From positions 73,601 through 137,600 of the forward strand of contig CAVSSW010000008.1 in the NCBI GenBank assembly GCA_963730755.1: a DNA stretch of 64,000 nucleotides, written 5' to 3'. Position numbers and translations under genes: made by a program. Positions 31,599 to 40,810 of the stretch are shown piece after piece; the stretch's first letter is position 1, and each line of letters opens with the position of its first letter. The notes beneath the pieces were generated by a model, which saw only the letters and a program-made list of their open reading frames with translations, was not told where the DNA came from and made no database searches. Origin of the DNA: an uncultured Solirubrobacteraceae bacterium. GTDB taxonomy: Bacteria > Actinomycetota > Thermoleophilia > Solirubrobacterales > Solirubrobacteraceae.

Positions 31599-32186
31599 AT
31601 GGTCGCCCTGGTCGCAACAGCCAAGCGAGAGGTGCTTCTGCGCGTTCACAGACATCGCCTGCGGCCAGAGGATCTGGAGGACGCCTACTCGCAGGCCACG
31701 CTGGAGCTCGTCGCGCTCTCGAGACGCGGTCGCGCGTTCGTTAGCAGGTCGCATCTCGCAAACACACTCGAGCAGCGATTTCTCGCTCGAGTCCAGGATC
31801 GGCGGCGCGCGATCAGCGGTCGCAGCCCGATCGCTGCGGCAATGGAGGGTGCGGTCCCTTTCCTCGCCGAGGACGAGCCGCTGGAGATTGCCGACACGAC
31901 GACAGAGCCGGAGCGCCTGGCCCTCGCTCGCGACGAGCTCAAGCGACTGCTCGGGCACATGCACGCGCTCACTCCCGATCAACGCGACGTGGTGCTGACG
32001 CAGTTGATCTTCGCAATGCGCTGCGAGCAGTTCTGCAGTGCCCGGGGATGGACCCCCGAGAAGTACCGCAAGGTCGCGCAGCGCGCGCGGGCGAGATTGC
32101 GCGGACTCACGGCGGAGGAAGAGCGCACAAGAGAGTGTCCCGAGTACGGGGTCCGCGTCGGAGCAGAAACCAGGGATCGCCTGTGA
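31599..32186 (+). CDS. ECF-like sigma-70 factor
   Basis: Region-2-like EDLEDAYSQATL...VQDRRR; region-4-like ALTPDQRDVV...RKVAQRARARLR; start codon uncertain. Confidence 0.65.
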   Translation: MVALVATAKREVLLRVHRHRLRPEDLEDAYSQATLELVALSRRGRAFVSRSHLANTLEQRFLARVQDRRRAISGRSPIAAAMEGAVPFLAEDEPLEIADTTTEPERLALARDELKRLLGHMHALTPDQRDVVLTQLIFAMRCEQFCSARGWTPEKYRKVAQRARARLRGLTAEEERTRECPEYGVRVGAETRDRL

Positions 32187-32355
32187 CGTCAACTCCCCCC
32201 ACTCATAGGAAAACCGATCCCCGGGCCGCTGCTGGTTGGTTTCTCGTACGACCAAGTGGCGAAGCCCAGTCACGCGAGCTCGGTCGGCACCCGGAGCACT
32301 GCCCACTCCGGGTGTCGGCCGGCCGCGACGCTTCAGCCGGCTGGAGCGTCCAGGG

Positions 32356-32856
32356 ATGAGGGTGCACCGCGAACCCGCGGATCGGTACCGCGTCCACGAT
32401 GAGGGCGATTACCTGCTCACGCACGATCTGTCGACCCCTGCGATCGGCGACCTGCCGAATGAGGACGCGGAGCTCGTGGGCGACTTCCCCCCGATCGCAA
32501 GCGCTGACCGCCGATCTCGCATTCGCCCGTCGATGGTCGCCGCCGCAGTGACCGGTGCGGTGGTAGTCGCAGCTATCGAGAGCCATTTCGGCCAGCCGCA
32601 CGGGGCGACTGCACCCGCCGGGACTCCCGTGCACGCAGCAGACGGTGGTGCGCGAACGGTGAAGGCGAAGGGGAGATCGACTCCACGCTCGATGGCTGTG
32701 CCGACGGTCGTCCACAGAGCACATGCCCGTCGCACCTCCGCTCTAATAAGCGCGAAGCCGGGTGTGTCTCGCGCCGCGCGTGAGCCCACGGTCGTGGTGC
32801 CGCGCAGCTCGCAGGCGCCGGCGGTCCCTGTTGCGGAGTTCGGGTTCGAGCAGTGA
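32356..32856 (+). CDS. Hypothetical single-TM protein, first gene of the T4SS-like operon
   Basis: One hydrophobic helix (MVAAAVTGAVVVAAI), Pro/Ala/Arg-rich tail ending AEFGFEQ; GTGA overlap with the next gene. Confidence 0.5.
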   Translation: MRVHREPADRYRVHDEGDYLLTHDLSTPAIGDLPNEDAELVGDFPPIASADRRSRIRPSMVAAAVTGAVVVAAIESHFGQPHGATAPAGTPVHAADGGARTVKAKGRSTPRSMAVPTVVHRAHARRTSALISAKPGVSRAAREPTVVVPRSSQAPAVPVAEFGFEQ

Positions 32857-33719
32857 TTGCTCCGGCCTCACAAAGGGCGCGTGTCGTTTCGCGGTCGCTA
32901 CCGATGTGGCGGATTCGGCTCGCTCGCGAGGCGCACCGCTATCTGCTCGGCCTCGCTGCGGCATTCGGTCTGCTGGCCAGCGCGCGATACGCCCTCGATC
33001 CCCCGCGTGCGACGAACGCTGTCACACGTCCGTCTCCGGTTCAGACGATCGACCCTGCCGCCGAAAGCTATGCGGTCGAGTTCGCTCGCCGCTACCTGAC
33101 CTGGAGCGCGGCGGAACCGGCCGCAAGCCCTCTCGGACTGGAAGCCTTCACCGGATCTCAGATGGAGCCGGCGGCCGGCCTCGTGCTTCCTTCTCGAGGA
33201 AGCGAGCGTGTCGATTGGGCCGAAGTTGCCCAGCGCCGCGAACCGGTCCGCGGGGTGCACGTGTTCACGATCTCCGCGGAAACAAGTCCTGCGGGCCCGC
33301 GTGATCTTGCGGTGACGGTCGAGCGCAACGCGCAGGGATCGCTCACGCTCGGCGGATATCCGGCCTTTGTCGGTCCACCGGCGACTGCTGCTCCCGCGAG
33401 CGCGCCGCGCCTCGCGACGGTGTCTGACCCGGCCCTTCGGCTCGTGGTGCGGCGCGCGCTGACGAACTACCTGGCCGACTCCCCTTCCGAGCTCGCCTCC
33501 GATCTCGCGGAAGGCGCGACCATCGCCCCACCTGCGTTTCCGCTGCAGCTCACTTCGGTCACGCGCGAGGCCTGGGCCGCGGGGGGCGGGACCGTCTCCG
33601 CTCTTGTAGAGGCGAAGGATGGGCTCGGGGCGAGCTACAGCCTCGCCTATGAAGTCGAAGTCCAGCGAGCGCAGGGGCGCTGGCTGGTGTCCGCGATCGA
33701 GACCGATCCAGATGCGTGA
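32853..33719 (+). CDS. TcpC/ConB (VirB8-like) conjugation protein
   Basis: N-terminal TM, AESYAVEFARRYLTW, two NTF2-like halves ending GRWLVSAI; position in the operon. Confidence 0.7.
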   Translation: MIAPASQRARVVSRSLPMWRIRLAREAHRYLLGLAAAFGLLASARYALDPPRATNAVTRPSPVQTIDPAAESYAVEFARRYLTWSAAEPAASPLGLEAFTGSQMEPAAGLVLPSRGSERVDWAEVAQRREPVRGVHVFTISAETSPAGPRDLAVTVERNAQGSLTLGGYPAFVGPPATAAPASAPRLATVSDPALRLVVRRALTNYLADSPSELASDLAEGATIAPPAFPLQLTSVTREAWAAGGGTVSALVEAKDGLGASYSLAYEVEVQRAQGRWLVSAIETDPDA

Positions 33720-34077
33720 CGTGCGGCTCTCGCGCTTGTTGATGCTGTCGCTGATCCTGACGACTACGTTTGCAAGTGAACCCGCGAACGCGGCGGTGAA
33801 AACTGCCGAAGCGGGCAGCGCCGTTCGCGCACAGCCCGGCGAAGGGGGGAGCTCGCTGGAAAGTGCGGCGGCGAAGGCGGGGAACACGGGGCGTGCGGTG
33901 GCGATGAGCCTGATCGGGCTCGCACTGGCGGTTGCAGCGACTGTGCTCGCCTTTCGCCGGGACTTCAAGGAGGCCGCGGGTGTATTCGCGGTCGGGATAG
34001 TCGCGGTGTTACTCGCGACGCCGACCGGCGTGACTCTGATCCGCGACACCGTCGCCTCGCTCTTCGGAGGCCCGTGA
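33712..34077 (+). CDS. Small hydrophobic T4SS component (VirB2/TcpD/ConC-like)
   Basis: Signal-like N-terminus and two hydrophobic helices separated by RRDFKE; position. Confidence 0.55.
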   Translation: MRDVRLSRLLMLSLILTTTFASEPANAAVKTAEAGSAVRAQPGEGGSSLESAAAKAGNTGRAVAMSLIGLALAVAATVLAFRRDFKEAAGVFAVGIVAVLLATPTGVTLIRDTVASLFGGP

Positions 34078-34652
34078 CCGACGTCCGCTCGTTCCGGCGC
34101 GTGTTCGACCTCGAACGACGGATCTACACGATTGATCGGCTGCGGCTGAATCCCGGCGGAGTACCGGTTCGAGGAGTCGTCTACTTCCTCGTCTCGATCC
34201 TCACAGCGTTCGCGTTGGGAGGTCTCCCGATCACCCGTCTCGCACTTCACGCGATCCCTTGGTACCTGCGAGATCTCGCGCTCCCCGGGTGTGCTGCAGC
34301 GGTGCTCACCGCCATCCGGGTGGACGGGCGCACCGCGCACCTCGCGGTACGCGCGGCCGTGCGACTGTGGGTGGCTCCGCGCAGGGTCAGCGGTCTGCAG
34401 CGGAGCTCGAGTGTGGGTGTGCGCTGGCGGCCGCCGGAGCTTCTTCTCCTGCCCGACGGGAGCGATCCGCGCGCACGGGCGCTCAGGTACCGAGGTCCGG
34501 GCGCAGTCCGTGTGCTCGCCTCACATGCCCTCGCGCGGTCGAGTCCGACGCGGCTCACACTCGTGGCGCGCAGTCACGGAGGCGCGCGAGGGCAGGTCGT
34601 CGAGCTCGCCGGTGGCACCGAGCTGCGAGTGGAGCGCGAGCGGATCTCGTGA
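34074..34652 (+). CDS. TcpE/ConD (VirB3-like) protein
   Basis: RSFRRVFDLERRIYTID..RL..P, two TMs, RVDGR; directly before the VirB4-like gene. Confidence 0.75.
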   Translation: MTDVRSFRRVFDLERRIYTIDRLRLNPGGVPVRGVVYFLVSILTAFALGGLPITRLALHAIPWYLRDLALPGCAAAVLTAIRVDGRTAHLAVRAAVRLWVAPRRVSGLQRSSSVGVRWRPPELLLLPDGSDPRARALRYRGPGAVRVLASHALARSSPTRLTLVARSHGGARGQVVELAGGTELRVERERIS

Positions 34653-37060
34653 GGCCGCCGATCTGCTTCATCTACGGAAATTGCATTTTCGGCACCGGGC
34701 TCTCCGACGGATGGGCGGCCTTCGCCGTTCGGCTCGAGTCCTACCAGTGGCTCCGTGAGGACGAGAAGCGATCGCGCTTTCTCGGTCTGGTGGGGGCGCT
34801 CGAAGCGGCACGCGCGGATGTCCAGCTGCTTCGTGTGGCGAGCAGCTGGGAGGAGCCGGCATCCCAACCCGAGTCATCTGTCCACGCCAAGGCGAACCGG
34901 CGGTATCTCTCATCGCAACGAGGGCAACGCGTCGACGAAGCGACGACGCCTGCCCTGTACCTGTTCGTGAGTCTCCGCGAGCCGGACCTCGATGTGGCCG
35001 CGTTCGTCTCGCGCGCCGCGTCCGGCGACTCGCGAGGCTGGCTGGACTGGGCGCGGCGCGGCCTGAGTTCCCAGGGCCGACGGACGATGTCGGTCCGTGA
35101 GCTGGAGCGCGCTCGGGTCGCGGCAGATCGCGCGCATGCGCGGATCGGCGACTTCCTACCACTGCGACCCGCACGCGGGACGGAGCTGCAGTGGCTTGTC
35201 CGGCGCTCGTTCTGTCGAGGCCGCGGCGAGCCGAAGGTCGACGGGTTGCATTCTCCGCCCGCGTTGATCTTCGAGCGCAACGGCACCGCACTCCTCGCGC
35301 CGCTTGAAGGAGACGTGCTGCGCTGGTTCGACAGCGAGATCGAGCATCGCTCGCGCACTCTGCGCGTCGAGTCCGAGATGGGCGTGAGCTGGCAGGCGCA
35401 GCTCGTGCTCGGGGCGGTCCCCGAACTTGTCCAGTTTCCCGGCGCGCGCGCCGAGCTGATGTTCTCTCCGCCCGAATCGCTCGGCTTTGGGATCGACATC
35501 AGCATCACGGCGAGGTACCTGCCGAACGAGCTCGCTCTGCGTCTCGCCCGCCGCAAGATTCAAGACGCCGACCAGATCATGCGAGCCGAGTCGGGCGGCG
35601 AGCAGGGCGTTTCGGACCTTGGGTACGAGCGCACCCAGGAGGCGCGCGACCTCCTCTCATATCTCCAGTCCTCGAGCCGCCCAGCGCTTCTGAAGATGAC
35701 GGCCGGGATCGCCGTCGGAGCAAATTCGGAACACGAGCTGGAGGAACGCGTGGAGCTCGTCCGGCGGGCATACGGCGAGATTCGCCTGCACCGTCCGCTC
35801 GGCGACCAGCTCGAGTTGTTCATGCAGCATCTCCCCGCCCAGCGCACGCGGATCACGGGTTACGAGGACATCTTCACCGCTGAGCAGATCGCGGCGATGA
35901 TGCCAACCGCGACGCATGTGGTCGGCGCGCGTCGCGGCTATCGCCTCGGCCGGACGCTCACGGGTTCCCGTCGGCGTGTTCTCTTCAACCTCCGCGAAGG
36001 CTCCGATCGCAACTCGAACGCGACGATCCTGAGCGTCGGGGCGCTTGGGTCCGGCAAGACCACGCTCGCCCAGAAGCTCCAGTACGAGGGTTTCCTCCAG
36101 GGAGCGCGCGTGATCGACTGCGATCCCAAGGGCGACCATCGGTTCCACGAGCTCGAGGACGTCGCGGCGCACGTCGAGGAACTCGCCCTGCGTCCCGACC
36201 CCGCGCTCAGGGGGATGCTCGACCCGCTTCGCGTCGCGCCGCCTCACATGCGTCAGGAGGCAACGGTCTCGTTCCTGCGGGAGCTGCTGCCCCAACGGTC
36301 CGAGCCCGCATGGGAGACCTCGATCGTCGCCGCGGTCGATCGAGTAAGTGCTCGTTCACGAGATCCAAGCTGCCTTCAGGTCGTGCGCGCCCTCGAGGAG
36401 GGGGATGAGATCGATCGCCAGGTCGCGCGTACGCTGGAGGTCTACTCACGCTCGGGGCTCACCCAGCTCGGGTTCGCGGACCCCGGGGTCGACCTGCCTT
36501 CCCTCGGCGCAAAGCAGGTGACCTATCTGAGGATCCGCGACCTTCCGGGTCCAGCTGCAGGCGTGGATCGCTCCGCCTATTCACAGGCCGAGCGCGTCGG
36601 TGAGCAGATCGTGCGGCTGATCGCGATGTTCGCCTTCAACCTGATCGCGGCCGAGCGTGAGCGCTTGAAGATCTTCTCCTTCGACGAGGGCTGGAGACTG
36701 CTAGGAGATCCAGTCGGACGCGCGCTCCTTGAGTCGATCCAACGCCTCGGGCGCTCCGAGCTCGCAGTCCCGATTATCAGCACCCAGCTCGTCGGCGATG
36801 CTCTGAGCGGGGACCACGAGTCGCTGGAGAACCTGATCGGCGCGACGTTCGTATTCGGTGTGCGTTCGGATTCCGAGGCCGGCCGCGCGCTCTCCCTACT
36901 CGGACTGGACCCGGAGGATCGAGCGTCGCGAGCTTTGCTGCTCGCGCTAGAGGAAGGACGCTGTCTGTTTCGCGACCATCGTGGGCGCATCGAGGCGATC
37001 CAGGTCGAGGTGCTCGTTCCCGAGCTCGCAGCGGCGTTCTCGACCACCCCGGTCGCGTGA
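34649..37060 (+). CDS. VirB4-like ATPase (TcpF/ConE, AAA_10)
   Basis: Walker A GALGSGKTT, DCDPKGD, Walker B FSFDEGW, RLGRS...ISTQ, GRCLFRDHRGRI. Confidence 0.88.
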   Translation: MRPPICFIYGNCIFGTGLSDGWAAFAVRLESYQWLREDEKRSRFLGLVGALEAARADVQLLRVASSWEEPASQPESSVHAKANRRYLSSQRGQRVDEATTPALYLFVSLREPDLDVAAFVSRAASGDSRGWLDWARRGLSSQGRRTMSVRELERARVAADRAHARIGDFLPLRPARGTELQWLVRRSFCRGRGEPKVDGLHSPPALIFERNGTALLAPLEGDVLRWFDSEIEHRSRTLRVESEMGVSWQAQLVLGAVPELVQFPGARAELMFSPPESLGFGIDISITARYLPNELALRLARRKIQDADQIMRAESGGEQGVSDLGYERTQEARDLLSYLQSSSRPALLKMTAGIAVGANSEHELEERVELVRRAYGEIRLHRPLGDQLELFMQHLPAQRTRITGYEDIFTAEQIAAMMPTATHVVGARRGYRLGRTLTGSRRRVLFNLREGSDRNSNATILSVGALGSGKTTLAQKLQYEGFLQGARVIDCDPKGDHRFHELEDVAAHVEELALRPDPALRGMLDPLRVAPPHMRQEATVSFLRELLPQRSEPAWETSIVAAVDRVSARSRDPSCLQVVRALEEGDEIDRQVARTLEVYSRSGLTQLGFADPGVDLPSLGAKQVTYLRIRDLPGPAAGVDRSAYSQAERVGEQIVRLIAMFAFNLIAAERERLKIFSFDEGWRLLGDPVGRALLESIQRLGRSELAVPIISTQLVGDALSGDHESLENLIGATFVFGVRSDSEAGRALSLLGLDPEDRASRALLLALEEGRCLFRDHRGRIEAIQVEVLVPELAAAFSTTPVA

Positions 37061-39597
37061 GTCGGTCCTCTCACAACGGCGCCATCTGCAGCTTCGGTCT
37101 TCTGCTTCTGGCTGGAGTTCTTCTCAGCGCTCCGCTCGCCCACGCGGCCTTCCGCGGCGTCAGCCCGCACCCGCTCGCCGACTCTCGGCCGCAGGTGCCG
37201 AGCGTGCGCCTCCCTCAACGAACGAGCACGACGGAAAACCGCGCGCCGAGCGGCGCGCCGCTCGTCTCCGCGATCGGACCGAGTAGCGGCGAAGAAGGCG
37301 GCGAGGCCGGAGGCCGTGCCGAAGCCGACCCGCTCGTCAGCAACGGGCTCGGGAGCCCTACCTGCGCGTCATCGCTGGCCGTCGGCCTCGACGCGGAGGC
37401 CAGGCGCAATTGCGAAACGTCCGGTTTCCTCGCGGCCGCCGCGCCGACCGGGAACTACGGCCTGGACGTGCACATCGACACCGGGATCGTGCCCGTGGGG
37501 GGCAGCGAGCTGATGACGATCGTCCAGGACCTCTTCGTGACGCCCGTTTGGATGGGATTCGTCTGGCTCATTCACACGCTCGTCGTGATGCTGGAGTGGT
37601 GCTTCGGTCTCGACCTGCTCGAAGGTGCGCGCGGCGGGCTCGGCTCCGGGCTCGCGCGTGCCGAGGAAAGCTTCACCGTCCCTCTGCTCGCGCTTGCTCT
37701 TTCGATCGCGGGGGTGAGTGCCGCCCAGAAGGGGCTGCTCAGGAGGCGCATCGGCGAAGCGCTGGGTGACACGCTGCTCGCGCTCGTGATGATCGGCGGC
37801 GGCCTTTGGCTGATCGCCGATCCGTCCGGCACGGTGGGCGCCCTGAGCCGCTGGAGCGATGAAGCGGCGCTGGGCACCCTCGCCGTCTCTTCGGGCACAC
37901 CCGGCTCGCCCGCCGCCGCGCTCGGCTCGCACTTGGGCGGGCTCTTCGCAGATGGCGTGGAAGCCCCCTGGTGCTATCTGGAGTTCGGCAACGTGAGCTG
38001 GTGCCGCGACCCACGGTCGCTCGACCAGCCGCTGAAAGAAGCAGGACAGCGCATCGCAGCGGCCGAGTTGCGAGAAGCTCACTGCAATCCAACCGGACGA
38101 GCGTGCGAGGCGGGTGAGAGCTCGCGGCTGTCGGACAGCGCGCGTTTGTTGCGCGAAGCACGCACGAACGGTGCGCTCTTCCTCGCGTTGCCCCCCAACG
38201 GGCCGGCACGCAATTCGATCAACGAAAGCGGGTCGTTGTTGCGGGCGCTCTGCGGCGCCAGCGATGCAACGAACTGCACGGCACCAACCTCAGCGGAGGC
38301 CGAGTTCCGGACGCAGACAGGCACCTGGCCTCGCGTCGCCGGACTCCTACTGATCGCTGTCGGTCTCGTCGGGATGTTGCTGCTCTTCGGTCACATCGGC
38401 TTGAGGCTGCTGCTCGCCGCGACGCTCAGCCTCTTCCTCTTGCTGCTCGTGCCAGGCGTGGTCCTCGCGCCCGCGCTTGGCGAGCGCGGACGCGAGCTGT
38501 TCCGGCGTTGGGCAACACGGCTCTTCGGAGCCATCGTCGCGAAGGTCGTCTACGCCTTCTTGCTCGGTGCTGCATTCGCCGTGACGAGTGTCGTCGAGGA
38601 TCTGAATGGACTGGGTTGGTGGGCGCAGTGGCTTCTCGCGGGGGCGTTCTGGTGGGGTGCGTTCCTCAAGCGTCATGAGCTTCTCGCGATCCCGCCCGCC
38701 GTCGGCGCGCTCGATGGGCGCGTGGCCGCGAACCGCCACAGCGAGCTTCGGCAAACAATTCGAAGTGCACGCAGTGCCCGAGAATCGATCCGGCGGCGAG
38801 TCGAGAAGCGGGCGATCCGTCTCGCGCAGGAGGTGGCGGCACCCGGTGCCCCGCCGGGCTTGCCGGCAGGTTCACGACTCTCCCCGAGGCACCCGCCCGC
38901 TCTGGATCCGCAGGTGAAGCGGATGCTCAGCGTGGAGCGTCGAGCGGAGGGAACTCTCGTGCGCGCCGCGCGTCAGGACATCGCCGCGCGCGCGCCAAGG
39001 ATCGCGCGGCTCAACCGGGAGCATTCCGCCGCGGTTTCTGCGGGCGACTCACGCCGCGCCGCGAGCCTGGAGGCGAGGCGGTCCACGCTCATCGGGGCGA
39101 CCGCGAAGGACGAACCATTCCTAAGGAACGTTCGCGATTCGACGCAAGAGCAAACGCGTCTCGCGGCGACGGCGCGCCTGCTCGACGAGCAGGCCGCGTT
39201 GCCTCCCGCGCGTGAGCGTCCAAGCCGAAGTGACCGGCGCGACTACGGCGCACTGGCTGGGCTCGCAAACCTGGGGCGAGCGGAATACGAGCGTCTCGAT
39301 CCGCGCACGCAGAGGGTCGCTCGTTTGCAGATCGATCGAGAGCTCGCCGCGCGTGCGTCGGTCAAGCGCGACGCCGGTGCGCATACGCGGAGCGGTGATC
39401 GAGACGCAACACAGGCGCGCCCCACGCCGCACGCATCGATCGCGCGGCGGCGCAGCCGTCCGCCGGAGACCTCACGCCCTGTGGTGCCTCGAGCGCGAAG
39501 GGACCTACGCCGCGAAGCAGAGGAATCCGAGGTGATGCGAGATGCGCGCGAGGTGGAGGCGGGGCGCAAACGGCAGCTCGGATTGGGCCGTCCATGA
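37057..39597 (+). CDS. VirB6-like polytopic membrane protein (TcpH/ConG-like)
   Basis: 846 aa; multiple TMs, Cys-containing extracellular loop (PWCYLEFG), long basic tail; lies between the ATPase and the cell-wall hydrolase. Confidence 0.7.
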   Translation: MSRSSHNGAICSFGLLLLAGVLLSAPLAHAAFRGVSPHPLADSRPQVPSVRLPQRTSTTENRAPSGAPLVSAIGPSSGEEGGEAGGRAEADPLVSNGLGSPTCASSLAVGLDAEARRNCETSGFLAAAAPTGNYGLDVHIDTGIVPVGGSELMTIVQDLFVTPVWMGFVWLIHTLVVMLEWCFGLDLLEGARGGLGSGLARAEESFTVPLLALALSIAGVSAAQKGLLRRRIGEALGDTLLALVMIGGGLWLIADPSGTVGALSRWSDEAALGTLAVSSGTPGSPAAALGSHLGGLFADGVEAPWCYLEFGNVSWCRDPRSLDQPLKEAGQRIAAAELREAHCNPTGRACEAGESSRLSDSARLLREARTNGALFLALPPNGPARNSINESGSLLRALCGASDATNCTAPTSAEAEFRTQTGTWPRVAGLLLIAVGLVGMLLLFGHIGLRLLLAATLSLFLLLLVPGVVLAPALGERGRELFRRWATRLFGAIVAKVVYAFLLGAAFAVTSVVEDLNGLGWWAQWLLAGAFWWGAFLKRHELLAIPPAVGALDGRVAANRHSELRQTIRSARSARESIRRRVEKRAIRLAQEVAAPGAPPGLPAGSRLSPRHPPALDPQVKRMLSVERRAEGTLVRAARQDIAARAPRIARLNREHSAAVSAGDSRRAASLEARRSTLIGATAKDEPFLRNVRDSTQEQTRLAATARLLDEQAALPPARERPSRSDRRDYGALAGLANLGRAEYERLDPRTQRVARLQIDRELAARASVKRDAGAHTRSGDRDATQARPTPHASIARRRSRPPETSRPVVPRARRDLRREAEESEVMRDAREVEAGRKRQLGLGRP

Positions 39598-39622
39598 GCG
39601 GCACGGTCCCCAGTCCCTCGGC

Positions 39623-40783
39623 GTGATCGCCGTTCCCCAGCGGGGCGCCCGGCCCACGCCGGGCCGCGGCCGAGCGTGGTTCCTCGTGCTTGCCCCGGCC
39701 GCCTTGCTCGCGCTCGCCTTCGCGGCGATGGGGGTCGTGGCGGGCGTCGACGGCGCGTCGCTCGCGCCGGACCTACCCGAGCCGGGTAGCGAAGGGGTGT
39801 CTTCGGTCGGGTTGGCCGATATCCCAGCGGGCTACCTGCAGCTCTATCGTCGTGCCGCGGCACGCTTCGGGCTCGACTGGTCGGTGCTCGCCGCGATCGG
39901 AAAGGTGGAGTGCGATCACGGCCGCGATCCCGATCCCTCGTGCACGAAGCCGGGTGCGGTCAACGAGGCGGGAGCGGGCGGCCCGATGCAGTTCCTCGCC
40001 TCGACGTGGGCCAGATACGGAGTCGACGGAGACGACGACGGCCGGAGAGACCGCTGGGATCCCGCAGACGCGATCTTCGGTGCCGCAAATTACCTTCGCG
40101 CGAGCGGCGCCCCGGGGGATTACGCGCGCGCGATCCTTGCCTACAACCACTCCGACGCCTACCTGCGGTCAGTCGAAGCGTGGGCCGGACGATACGGCGG
40201 GGCCGCCGCGAGCGGTGCGCCCTCCACGCCCCTGACCTTGGGCAGCGACGGCGAATCGTCGCTCGCTGCGATGCAGGCGCGCACCGGCACGCGGGTCGAG
40301 GTGATCCCGGGACAGACCGCTCGCCTCGATCCTCTCAACGGGCATCTCGCTTTGATCCCAGCCGACGCCCCTGCCGTCGTTCAGGCGATGCTGATCGCGG
40401 CAAACGAGCTTCAGTCTCTGCCCTATGGACCGGACGGCCACCCGAACCCCCTCGGCGCTCCACAGGAGGACTGCTCGAGCACGCTGAACTACATCCTCTA
40501 CCGCTCGGGAATCCGACCCCTCGCTGAAATCGTCCGCGAGAACCCACTCGCGCAGGACTACGTTCACTGGGGAGCCCCCGGCCCGGGCCGCTGGATGACG
40601 ATCTACGCGACTGACCTTCCAACCCCGCACGTCTTCGCGACGATCGCGGGACTGCGGATCGACACGAGTCACAACGGTACCGACGTCGGACCGAATCGAG
40701 ATGAAGACGGTCCGCGCTGGCGCGTCTTCGGAGGGATCCCCACATGGGCCCACTGGTCGGTTCGCCATCCACCGGGCTTGTGA
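39623..40783 (+). CDS. Bifunctional cell-wall hydrolase: lytic transglycosylase + NlpC/P60-like (TcpG/CwlT-like)
   Basis: GLDWSVLAAIGKVE, GAGGPMQF..STW, AANYL, AYNHS; then DCSS...HVF...RHPPGL; start uncertain. Confidence 0.85.
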   Translation: MIAVPQRGARPTPGRGRAWFLVLAPAALLALAFAAMGVVAGVDGASLAPDLPEPGSEGVSSVGLADIPAGYLQLYRRAAARFGLDWSVLAAIGKVECDHGRDPDPSCTKPGAVNEAGAGGPMQFLASTWARYGVDGDDDGRRDRWDPADAIFGAANYLRASGAPGDYARAILAYNHSDAYLRSVEAWAGRYGGAAASGAPSTPLTLGSDGESSLAAMQARTGTRVEVIPGQTARLDPLNGHLALIPADAPAVVQAMLIAANELQSLPYGPDGHPNPLGAPQEDCSSTLNYILYRSGIRPLAEIVRENPLAQDYVHWGAPGPGRWMTIYATDLPTPHVFATIAGLRIDTSHNGTDVGPNRDEDGPRWRVFGGIPTWAHWSVRHPPGL

Positions 40784-40810
40784 GCGCTCTGCCCGAGTAG
40801 TGTCCGACAC

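Noticed and set aside
29440-40810. Complete ICE or prophage
   Set aside because: No integrase, relaxase, coupling protein, tRNA target, att repeats or phage genes were found by eye.
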